From NCBI RefSeq assembly GCF_009914755.1, contig NC_060934.1: a stretch of 64,000 nt of DNA; one strand, 5' to 3'. The notes below the pieces were generated by a model, which was not told the origin of the DNA, did no database searches, and worked only from the letters and a program-made list of their open reading frames with translations. The position numbers and the translations under genes were made by a program. The DNA is from the human T2T-CHM13v2.0 reference genome, Homo sapiens. Positions 27,534 through 40,295 of this stretch are shown one piece after another (the first letter of the stretch is position 1; every line of letters begins with the position of its first letter).

Positions 27534-29579
27534 CTACATGCAGGTGGTGCAAGAAAGGCAGAGAGCAGACAGGGATCAGACACAGGTGAAAGAGCTTGCG
27601 ACTTGTTGGCTGACACCAACCCAGTGGCCAGAGGTCACCATTTCCAGGGATGCTGGGAAGGACCCCAGAGCAGGGTCTCAGCATCCCTATGGCATGGTCA
27701 CAGTGGGCAACCATCTCTACATGCCCCCCCAACCTCTGCATCCCACCCATTCCATTTTCTACCCACTACCATGCACCTTCATTCTGAGTCAAGCTGACCT
27801 GGGATCCTAGGTCCCCGCTTTGCCACCAGGAGGTAGGCATAGGGATGGTGACGGTTTCTACAGCAGCAAAGAATCTGATGTCCCCATAGTCCTTTGAGCG
27901 AGACCTGAGCAGGGCTCATACAGGGAGGGCATATTTCTCTGGCCCCAGGGCATTTTCAGTGTGGCCCTGTTATGAAATTGTTTCTCCCCATTGTGAAGAG
28001 AGGGCATCCAGAAAGGTTCTCAGAGCCTGCTCTCTCTGCTGTTTCAGGCTTATCATTGCTACTGTAGGGCGCTTTGAAGGGAGCAGGGCTTTTAATAGCT
28101 CATCCAAACCTGACCACTACGCATTTACTGATGTAGGCAGCATGGAAGTCCAGCTGGAAAGATTTAGTAGGAAGTCAATCCTACGTAAATGCATCCTTTG
28201 CTTTTTTGGTAAAGGAATCCTTTCCATCAGTAAACCTCAGATACAGCTTAACAATTTTAGTCTAAAATATGTTCCAAAAGATCTACCTCATCTCTTTACA
28301 TAAAGCAAATCTACTAGACCAGTGCTGCAGTTTTGATAGAACATAAACCCTCCTGTTTGTTGGAGATATTTACAAAACGTTGGTTCTTTATCTAATAGGG
28401 TCACAGAATGATCATACTCAAGATCTTCCTGGGGAGTCAATGGCAAATTTCACTGGGCTATTTTACAGATGAAGAAGGAACATAAAGAAGGTTCTGGGAC
28501 CCCGAAGTCCACGGAACACCCACCATTACCTGATCTTTGGAGCTTGTCATTTGGCCAGTGGACCCTAATAAACGTCCACGGGGATGTGGGGATAGAATGC
28601 CGGAGCCTGGCTCGCTAGGGCATCCAGGTTCTTCCTTCCTCTTTGCCCTGCTGTCTCCAGGCACCAAGAATCTCCTACAGTTCCCCAAAGATGAACCCCC
28701 CATTATCTCAGGTCACTCTGTTTCCCCCGATCTTTACCAAATTCCTGACTCAGAGTTCCTCCCATTTGCTTCTGACTCTCATTTTATTCTTACCTCTCAT
28801 TTTATTCTTATGATGTTTACCATTTCTCTTCTCCTCAGTGTCCCTCTCTGAGTGGTAAGAGTATGTTAATAAGCCAGTGCTGAGACCGGAGCACGAGGCA
28901 ACTGCTCAATGTTGGTCATTGTCACTGTTATTAAATGTAACTTAAGGGAATGAGTGGTTTCTTCCTTTTTTTTTTGTTTTTTACTTGATTCAATACCGCC
29001 CAATGCTCTTGAGTATGAGAATATAAGGTAAACTTTATAGAAATTTTCAGATATAACGTCAAGGATATTTAAGACACTTAAATAATAGTTTGTGGCTATG
29101 GCATAACATCATCATCGAAATGGGAAAGCCAGGAGCAGCCAGGAATTCTGTCAAACGCACAGCTCTGGCACTGTTTATTAGCCAGTCTGCCCCCATCTGG
29201 GGAGACACTGGCCAAATCTCTAGGCTTGACCCAAGCCCATCCCCAACCCAGCTTCCTTTGCAAGCTACAGCTGTGGGCTTTCACTGGGATACTCTCCTCA
29301 CTAGGGTAAAAGACACCTTTGGTTGGATAAACCCAGAGACATTACTTTTACTTTACCTAACTAACTTTCTTAGATTTCTGTCTTTACAAGGAGAAATGGG
29401 AGAGCTGGCCCAGTGCACTCTGGAGGGTCAGGTGCACGGTTATGGTGCAAGATTAGGGTTAGAACGGGGCGGGGTCAACAAAGGCCTGGAAGACCTCAAG
29501 TCTCCCGCATCTAACAGCAGCGTTCCCAGAATTAATTAATGATTCCCGTTCCTCACTGCACCCAGTCCTAAGGGTACCT

Positions 29580-30660
29580 TCCCCGCGGTAGCCCTTGACA
29601 CCGGCAAGCAGTTCGCCCTCAGGTCTTCCCGCGTGCACCTGGCCGCCCCCTCTCACCTGACGTGGCCTTGCACATCTGGGGCATCCTGGTGACCCTGCTG
29701 TGCGCCACGAAGGTGCTCTGGGAGGAGGTGCTGTACTGCGAGCCGCTGTCCGAGGAGGTGGAGCTGGTGTGCGACAGGCGGCTGTGCTCCTTGTGCGAGG
29801 CGGTGGAACGCTGGTACCACTGGCGCAGCTCGTCTGAGACGGCGGCACGGCCCGCGCCCTTGTCGTGGGCGCCCTCGCGGCCCAGCGACGGAGTCCGCAG
29901 GATCTGCGATCGCGACGGCGTCAGGCGGCCCGTGTCGCCCTCGTCGCCGCCGCCGCCGCGCCAGCTCTCCTTGAACAGGCCGCCCGCCGTGTAGGAGTTG
30001 GACGTCTTGAACTGAGCCTTGACGCTGTAGTGGCCCTCCTGGTCGCTCTCCAGGCTGCGCACCACCACGGGCGTGGCGCCGCCCTCGATGTACAGCGGGT
30101 ACTCCTTGATGCGGTACTGCGAGCTGGGCTGGCTCTGGCTGTGCAGGTACACACCGCCCCCCGCGCCCCCCGCGCCCCCCGCACCCCCGCGCGCCGCCAG
30201 GTTGGGCATGCTGCCCGAGCTGGCTGAGCCCAGTGCGCCCGCCGCCCGCTGCCGCTGCCTCTGCCTCTGGCGCGCCTTGGACGGCGAGTCCTCGGCCAGC
30301 GTGGAGTAGTTGGCGTTCATCTGCGCCGGGTAGTAGTGCTCCGAGCTCGAGTGGCTGGTGCACGACGAGCAGTCGTCCATGGGGTCTGAGCCGTTGCTGC
30401 TACGAGTCCGCGGGGTGTAGAAGTCGGGGCTCCCGGTGTCGTTTTCCGAGCCCAGGAGCTTGCCCTGGGACTCCAGGCTGGAGCTCCGGTGCCTAAAGTG
30501 CAGTGCGAGGCTGTGCAGTCGGGTGGGGCTGATGTCCACCGACCTGCCGGGAGACGACCCGGGTTGGTCTGGGGGTGGGGAGTGGGCCCAAGGAGGGGTG
30601 CTCCGGGGAGGAGGGGGTCCTGAGGAGGGCACTGGGTGTCTGCACGCGGGCGCAGGCCCC
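29580..30660. promoter_or_regulatory. Intragenic CpG island
   Basis: Very GC-rich with dense CpG, in contrast to the CpG-poor flanks. Confidence 0.85.
29657..30543 (-). CDS. FRMD4A: FRMD4A large coding exon, 887 nt (Ser/Gly-rich disordered tail, (R)SVDISPTRL...QMCKATS)
   Basis: Core of the 354-aa ORF; CAG acceptor 30544-30546, GTGAGA donor; 1+885+1 nt fits phases. Confidence 0.96.
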
Positions 30661-30885
30661 AGCCCAGCAAGCCAGAGTCTCACTCAGCAGGGCTGCCCCA
30701 GGGATCCGGGAACTGCCCATTGCGGGAGGTGAACCTGGGGTCTCCACCATGATTCCCAGTGGGAAGTGGGACTGAAGCTAGGACTCACAGAAAGGTTTCG
30801 ATTTCTGGGTTTTTTTTTTTTTTTAAATAATTCTATAGACACAAAGAGAATCACAGAATCCTTAGTATCATGTTAAACCAGATAG

Positions 30886-31183
30886 GGCTGGGCACTGTGG
30901 TCCACGCCTGTAATCCCAGTGCTTCAGGAGGCTGAAGAATTGCTTGAGCCTGGGAATTTGAGACCATCCTGTGCAACACTGTAAGACCTCATCTCTTACA
31001 AATAAATTAGAAAATTAGCTGGGTGTAGTGTTGTACACCAGGGGTCCCAGCTAGTCAGGAGGTTGAAGAGGGAGGATCACTTGAGGATGCAGTAAGCTAT
31101 GATCAAACCACTGCACTCCAGCCTGGGCAACAGGGCAAGACCCTGTCTCTCTTAAAAAAAAAAAAAAAAAAAAAAAAAGAAAA
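30886..31183 (+). mobile_element. Alu (AluJ-like, diverged)
   Basis: Dimeric Alu with long A tail. Confidence 0.88.
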
Positions 31184-31619
31184 CACAAACCAGATGAAAT
31201 GTCCCTATTTACAGATCAGATAAAAGCAGTCCTACAGAGGCCCTTCATATTGTTTAACCAAATACTATTACATGATCCATATAAATAGACTCCCCTTTCC
31301 TGTGAAAACTGGGAAATAGAAGGTTGGTGGCAAATGAGATAATTAAACAATGAATGATGCAAATACTCACCATACCATTACTTTATAATTCATTCTGCTC
31401 GTTTGAGTCCACTCAGGGCTTAGGGAAGTGCAAAACAGTATCACATGGCAGATGATGTTGCCCGATGCTGGGACTGCATGTGAACTTCACAGCGGCCCCA
31501 CGGGCCAAGCACAGGAAGAGGCGAGTCCCACTTCCGACTGCCACTCAGAAGGGGGATGAAAGCCCCCATCACGTGGCCCTCCGTGATCTGGTTTGCTTCT
31601 TTTTAGAAAAAGAAGGTGT

Positions 31620-31949
<330 letters not shown>

Positions 31950-32343
31950 TCATTTTTGCCTGGCTCTTTTGCTCTTTATGAATTTACATTTTGAGGCACT
32001 AAAGGAAGTCCAGTATAAATTTAGGCCTCAGTAGAAAGATAGAAGACCTCTTCCCATGCTAACCCAGCCAGCCTCTGTGGCCTCTGCTTTGCTTAGGAAA
32101 CTTTCCATGCTCCCTGTCTCCAGAAGCCCGGGGATTCTTTGGCTGACTCCAAGTGCCCTGTGCATGGGTCTCTTGGCTAACGGGGGTTGACTGCTGCCAG
32201 CTTGGTTTTTTATTCCGCTTCATTTATCCTCCCAGGTTCAGGTCTGACTGTAGCTCATCCATTATTTGGGCCAGCTTGGGGCTGACAATGCCCAATTTTA
32301 AAAAGGAAGGCTTGGTCTGAGCAGGAAGGCCAGGCAGACTCAC

Positions 32344-32511
32344 CTCGTGGAATGGACGTAGTGGGGACTCCGGACCCGCAGGTCTGGCGTGGACGGCATG
32401 CTGGACTGGGAGTTCCAGTGCGGGAGGCCGCGGATGGGGCTGTTCTGCAAGGAGTTGCTTCCTCCGCCGGCTTCCGCACAGCTTCCTGTGCTGGGGAAGC
32501 GCTTGTGGCTG
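32344..32511 (-). CDS. FRMD4A: FRMD4A coding exon, 168 nt: (S)SHKRFPSTGSCAEAGGG...SPHYVHST(R)
   Basis: CAG acceptor 32512-32514, GTGAGT donor; phase 2/2. Confidence 0.94.
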
Positions 32512-33171
32512 CTGCAAAGCCAAGGATGCCACGTGGTCACCGCCAGACAGACAGCACCTTTCCTGGGGGGCTGGCTAGTTCAGGACAATGATCCCAGCAT
32601 GTGGGGAAAGCTCGCCCGTGACTCCCACCTCGCTTGGTCAGACCTCTACTGTGGTTCTCAGCCTTTCCCCAGCAGGGGGTATGCCCTCCCCCCTCCCAAC
32701 CTAGGCAATATGAGAGGAAAACCCTGGTCAGCCTTCTCTGTGTCAGGCAGTGTGACGGTCCTGCCCTTACAGTTTTTGTTTTCCAAGAAACAAATATTTA
32801 CCTGTCCTGGCACCCCCCTTGGAGCTTGGTAGGGTGATTAAAGGAAATGAGAAAAACAGAGAAGCAGACCGAAAATGCCTTCCCCCCCAAAAAAAAACCT
32901 CCCTACAAAGTCAGCCCGGTAATGAGCTGATAATACACAGCTTGGATTACAGCTGCTTGGCTGGAGAATTCTGCTGGATGAGGGGGTAGAGTTCTGAACC
33001 ACTCTGCATTTGCTCCGAGTGGACTTTCACTTGCTATTTCAGAATAGCGCTGCCTGAGATTTCCTAATTAATTCCTCTGGAATTTAACAGCATTCAAACC
33101 ATCTGCCATCACGTTGATTGTGGGCCAAAGCCCCAATTTCTCTGAGTCACAAAAATGTACCTCAACAGTGT

Positions 33172-33190
33172 CGGCAGCAGAGGGCGCTGT
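33172..33190 (+). promoter_or_regulatory. Candidate CTCF motif
   Basis: CGGCAGCAGAGGGCGCTGT is close to the CCASCAGRGGGCGC core. Confidence 0.55.
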
Positions 33191-33337
33191 GAGCACGGCC
33201 CCGTGAAAGGCAAACCCCACGGGGAGGAACTAGGTTGATGTGGATTTTGTCACCGTGGATGCTACTTGGGACGGCCCTTTGATTCTTCCAGAGCATAGAG
33301 GGAGGCCTCATTTGGCCTCATTCACGATGCAGCTCAC

Positions 33338-33575
33338 CTGGAATGGCTGTGAGAGGAGCGCTTCTTGACCTTCTCATAGGGTTCATCTAAAGAGGACTCA
33401 CTCCACATTTTGGGCTTGATGGGTGACTTGTCATAGTCGTTGCGGTGATAGTGCATCTGTCGGAGTCCCTCCAGGGACTGGGGAGGAGGAGGCCTGTTGT
33501 GCGACGGTGGCCGAGGAGGGAGTCCCTTGTGAGGAGAATGTAGGGGGGATATTGTGCTGGTAACCTGAGAGTCTT
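33338..33575 (-). CDS. FRMD4A: FRMD4A coding exon, 238 nt: (E)DSQVTSTISPLHSPHKGLPPRPP...KKRSSHSHS(S)
   Basis: TCTCTTCCTGTCTTTGTGCAG acceptor, GTGAGC donor; phase 1/2. Confidence 0.94.
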
Positions 33576-35935
33576 CTGCACAAAGACAGGAAGAGAGGAA
33601 CTGAGCCCCGGTCATCCTTCCCACAGGCTGAGACAGAACCCCTACACCCCTCCACCCGCACCTTGGAGCCACACAGCCAAACCCACACCCTCACCCCTGT
33701 GATGAGAAACCCTGAAACTCTTCCCCAGTTGCCAAGACAAGTCAAGACGAGTCAAACCAAACCAGGGCAAGCCAAACCTCCACTGCAGGCGGGATTGCAT
33801 GGGAAGAGACGCGTCACTTTTGATTAGACACGAATGGAGTGAAGTCTGAATGTCATTAAATACCACCAACAAATGACTGCTTCACACTAAACAGCAAAAT
33901 GTAGTTACTGCTGTAGTGTTAAGTTGTCTTTCAACAGATGCTAAGCATCTGATTCACTGTGGGAGGGTCTGAGTTCTGGGAGAGTTTTGTCTGTTTCATC
34001 TGCTGCTAGATCCTCAGCCGACACATAGTAGGTGCTTGATAACCATTGGTTGGAGAAGAAAAAATGAATGAGGGTCTATATGTCCACTGTAAATACCTGC
34101 TGGGTGGATCGGGTGTCTACTCTGCTTTTTTCCCCCAGAGCTGTGTTTATTCTCTTTTAATCTCTTCCTCTATATTTTAATTTTGAAACTGCCTTAACTT
34201 CTTTAAGGAGATGAGCTACAAAGATTATGTATTAATAAGTGATTCCCTGCCTCCAGGAAAGAAATGATCTAACACGTCAGTGCGCTAGAGGACTTTCAGA
34301 AAAAGCAAATTCAGTGAGTCTAGGAGGTGCTGTGGGAGAGGCTGGTCTTGAAGGGGCTTGAGCAGTGGGCAGGCAAAGAGGAGGAGGAAGGAAGGGCTTG
34401 AACCAAAGTGTGGAGGCCCTGAGGGCAGGGTACCAGCTGCAGGCACATCTGGCCAGGCAGGGGCTGGTGAGGAGGGGCAGGGGGAGTAAGGGCGGAGCTC
34501 TGGCCAGCACAGCCGCCTTCTGTGTGCACCATGTGAGCCAAGAGCCCGACTGATGGGGGCCTGGAATTCCGAGTTGAGATTTTGAAAAGCCACAGGAAAA
34601 CTTTGCGATGTCTTAAGCACGGATGCATCGGAGTGAAAAATCCTGTTTTAGAACTATTCACCTGGCAGCGTTCTAAAACTAGAAAGGAAGGGAGAGAGAC
34701 TAGAGAGGGGGATGAATGAGGACTTCAGGCTAGGGCAGGTCAGCATTGAGAAGAGAGAGGAGGGAACGATTCAGGCTTCACAGGGAAGGCAGACATGGGA
34801 GGTGGAGGGGAAAAAAGCACAGAAGCAAACCTTACAACCAACCAACTACCATTCACTTGCCCCTAAATCCATTTCCAGCGACTTGTTTCACAGCCTAATT
34901 CTCAGTCCCCCAGCCGTGGACACCCACTATGCACCCACTCCTCCTTTGCCCTCAAGTCAGTAAAGGAAGAGTCCCCAGAAAGAGACCCTGCAGTGGGACT
35001 GTGGCAAAAGGATGTGCCGACACCTGTGAGGAAGTCCAGGGGTCTGCATCTGGAACACGGGGAAGAAGCTGGAATCATGGAATGATATCTCAAAATTACC
35101 CCGTGACATTACCTATTGCTCCAGGCACCCCTCTACTACCAAGGAATCTCTCAATTTTTCTTCCCTTTCCAGGGGAGACTGGGATACTCAGAGGCCAACC
35201 GCAGGGCTGGGATCTCTGATGCTCAAGCCCCCCATTTCCTTGTAGCCCAGTGGCGTCCCCGGCTTGTAATGAAGCAGACAAATATATTCCAATCTGATTT
35301 CTAATAGCACAGCCAAGGTGACTGGGTAAATAATCCGCCAGACTTTCCTCACATCAAGAGCAATCATTATTATTATTGCAATTATCATTATTACTATGAC
35401 TAGTGTGGACCTTTCATGCTTTCCATCTGAACAGCCACTTATCACTGCCTGCCTGAGGTTTCCATACAGGGCAAAAAAATTAACTGCCACTTAATATATT
35501 TCCATATAATTAATGTACCCGCCTCCCAGTACGATGGTTAAACATCCACAGGAGTATTCTCACATGGTTCTGGGTTTGGAATTCTTTCTTCCCCGACGTA
35601 TGGTAGTGATGGGGGTTGGGGGAGGGATCAGTTCTGTTTTTTTAAGAATTTCCCAAGAAAATATCCTAACTGCCAGGTTTTAAGAGTTCAGTGGGAAATA
35701 ATAAGACAGTTTTCCAGCCTGAGTGTGTATCTACTGGGATATCTCCCCTCTTACTTTCACTACTGTCTTGGGAAGCAACAGAGGGTGTGTTCCATTTCTT
35801 CTCACGATCCTTACACTCTCCTAGTGGGTTTCAATCTTTGATTTGTGATCTAAATCAATTTCTACCCTTTTCTTTTAGATACCATGAATACTCAAAAGGA
35901 AGCTATGCCTAGTGTGTAGATTCTCTGTCTAGCTA

Positions 35936-36259
<324 letters not shown>

Positions 36260-36473
36260 TCACTGATGAAAAGCTCTAATACACATGGGTTTATGCAGCA
36301 CCTACCCACTCCCAACCAAATAGGTGAATAGGGAAATGAGAGAGCTTGCAGGGAGCCCAGCTGCCTTTTGGCCTGGCTCTTGCCTTTACACAAGGCAATC
36401 CCCAGACTACATAGAAATTCATCTCTGTTTACTCTGAGCTGTAGGTTTGTAAGCAGGAAATGCATAAACCTAC

Positions 36474-36530
36474 CATCCTCAAGAACAAGGGCATCTGAGA
36501 GGGAGCTGTCTTCACTGGCAATGTTTCCAT
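36474..36530 (-). CDS. FRMD4A: FRMD4A coding exon, 57 nt: (D)GNIASEDSSLSDALVLED
   Basis: TTTTTGTCTTCTCAG acceptor, GTAGGT donor; symmetric phase 1/1. Confidence 0.92.
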
Positions 36531-37725
36531 CTGAGAAGACAAAAAGCAATAGCCTATGAGTTCAGCACATTCCTTCAGCAAAGCCCTATCTGTAAAAATA
36601 GCATGTCTACTACCACCTCATACCTTTCTCTTCCTAACCAGAAACAACCCACCAGATACAATAAAAATGCTGTTGGGTGTTTCTTTTGTCAGTCCCTGTG
36701 GCGGGTCATTGGCTCAGCCTCCCCACCCCGACACTGCCATGTGCCCATGTGCCCTAGCCTTTGTGTGTTTGTGCCCCGGTTTCATAGAATACTGCAATGC
36801 AGAGTGGCTTCATACCGAATATAAAGGCTGCCCCAGCCTGATTAAACCACATCATTGTCCCTGCACAAACCCAGGGCGTGTACCAGCAAAACCAAAGGAC
36901 GCAAACTGCTTTTGATTCTACAAATGCGAAACCAGGGTAGGCACTTTGCTTTGCTTCTGTGGCAATAAATGGCTTCTCAATAAACTTTGTAAGTCATTAG
37001 TAGAGAAAACAAGCGTGCTAAATACAGGCTCCATCTCTCCAAAGCTTATTTTTATAGATGCCATTCAATTAACCGGGAGAACACACCCAAAAGGGAGATG
37101 GTAAAATAATCCTCCCTGTTTCACTGCTGGGGAAACTGAGGGGAAGGAAGGGAAGAATGGTTTGTCCGAGGTGGTTTTGCTCTCCAGCAATGTGAGCAAA
37201 GGTCCCAAGTCTTCAGATTCCAAGTTTGGTGTTTTATCTCTAAAATAATATGCTAAGGAACTAGCAAGAACCTTAATTACTCCTCTAGTTCAAGTGGGTC
37301 CTTGGATGTTTCTATAGGAAACATGTTTCTGTTGGGAACCCCTAAGTGCCTTGGAGGGGGCAGAGGGTCTCAAATGGAGTGTCAGAAGGAGGTTGGCTGA
37401 GGGAGCTTTACTAGGAGGTAGGGGAAAATTTGTGTGGTCTTGGCCAAGGACAACAGGATGAGATAGGGAAAGATGGTCATTCCAAATTTCCTAGAGCAAA
37501 AGAATTTTAAAAAATTCTCTTTTTAACTAGAAATTCACTTTATTTATGTTGCATGATGGACTATGAGCAACCAGGAGCTCTGACTTCGGCATCTTGGAAT
37601 CTTCAGCACATCACTGCTACGCTAGGATGCTCACGAGTTTAGGCTGCAAATCTGCATCTATCTATATTTATCTATCTATGTAATTGTGGTGAAATATATA
37701 TAACATCACATTTACCATGTTAACA

Positions 37726-38190
<465 letters not shown>

Positions 38191-39116
38191 CCCAGCTTAA
38201 CTATTTTTAAGTGTACAGTTCATTGGCATCAAGCACATTCCCATTGTTGCGTAACCATCACCACCATCCATCTTCTGTTTGAATAATATTTTCATGTTTC
38301 CAGACTGAAATTCGGTATCTATCAAGCAGTAACTCCTCATTCCCCTGTCCCCTAAGCCCCCCATAGTAACCACTATTCTACTTTCTGTCTTTCTAGAGCA
38401 AAGGTATTTTAAACACACATACCTTTATGTGTGTTTAGGAGGAAAGAATGCTTGATATATATTTTCAAGAATTCACTGACTTAGACAAGAAGGATTCTAA
38501 CAGTTTAGGGGACTTGATGCTTTGTGGGTGGATTTTGGGGGATTTCCTTCTAGAATTTACCAAAGGTCATCACCCAAATTCCTAACCCATGACTGGAGCT
38601 CAGGGTTCCAGATAATCAGATGGTCCAGTCTCCCCAAGCTTCAGCTCTTGGGATAGGAGGCCCCTGGCAGCATAGGGGTCAGTGGGTTGGCGGGGGCCGC
38701 TCGAAGACAGGGATCACTGCTGCTGTGTACCCCAGCCCCACCTGTCCTTCCAGACTTGAGTAGGGGTGGTCAGGTCCCTGAGAGTGTCAGAGCCTGGTCT
38801 AGCCCAGTCAACTCAGCTCAGTTCACAGTAAGGGCTGAGAAGAATGCTAGCTCCTGGCTGCAGGTTCTCCCAGGGAGGAAACCAATAGTGATACCAACAG
38901 TTTGATTCGTACAATCCCTTCATCTGTGTCTGAGTCCACTTGGTTTCTCTCATGTGGGATCAGGCCTTACTCGCTTCATTTTATGGATGGACAAATGAAG
39001 GCAGCGGACAGTTAGGCAGCTGCTCAGGTCGTGCAGGGACCACTCGTGGGACCTGGCGTCTGGTTGCCGGGGCCCGGGCGTGGGAGTGGGGTGGGGGCAG
39101 CCCGGTTGGCACTGAC

Positions 39117-39345
39117 CGTCTATGATCAGCGAAGCCCTCTGGGTGGGTTTCTTCCCAGACTTGATGCGGTTCTCATTGATTGCATTTTCAATCTCCTGCA
39201 GTTTCTTCAGTGCATTCAGATACGAGGTTTTCCTTTGTTTCTTCAGTTTTTTGCTGACGTTGGGGTCACTGGCTAGGCGGCGGGCGGCCTCCGTAATCTG
39301 GGACTGAATGGCAAACTCTCGTTCCAGGCGTTCCAGCTCAGCTTC
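39117..39345 (-). CDS. FRMD4A: FRMD4A coding exon, 229 nt: EAELERLEREFAIQSQITEAARRL...TQRASLIID (coiled-coil, CUPID/DUF3338 region)
   Basis: CTTTCCCTCCCACAG acceptor, GTCAGT donor; phase 0/1. Confidence 0.95.
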
Positions 39346-39719
39346 CTGTGGGAGGGAAAGCACCGGTTTGGGTTACTGGGGATGCTGAGCAGGGAGACCC
39401 TCATCCTTCCCTCCCCTGTCCCAAGGCAAGTCCAGTTCCATGGGAGACACTCTTAAGAGTAGCCCCACTCCTAAAATCTGCACCCACTGAAGTCCCCAGG
39501 CACACCCACTGTTGTAACCCTTGCTCCTGTTACTTTCTGAAGACAAGTGTTGGTGTGAACGCTGCCGCCATCGCTGAGAACAGAGTTCCCACGATGCAGG
39601 TTTAGGGATCGCTTGGCTGTGTTTCGACTGTCTCCAGCAAGGTTCATCAAGACAAACCAAAGCCTTTGGAGAGATTCAGAGCCCAAGTGACTGTCACTTC
39701 CTTTCCATTTTGGATGTAG

Positions 39720-40295
<576 letters not shown>

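Noticed and set aside
29619-30683. 354-aa ORF as a stand-alone gene
   Set aside because: It is the 887-nt FRMD4A exon plus intronic run-on at both ends; splice sites delimit the real coding part
29459-30775. Many overlapping alternative-frame and antisense ORFs (e.g. 236 aa at 29653-30363)
   Set aside because: Expected stop-codon depletion in a very GC-rich exon; no recognisable protein
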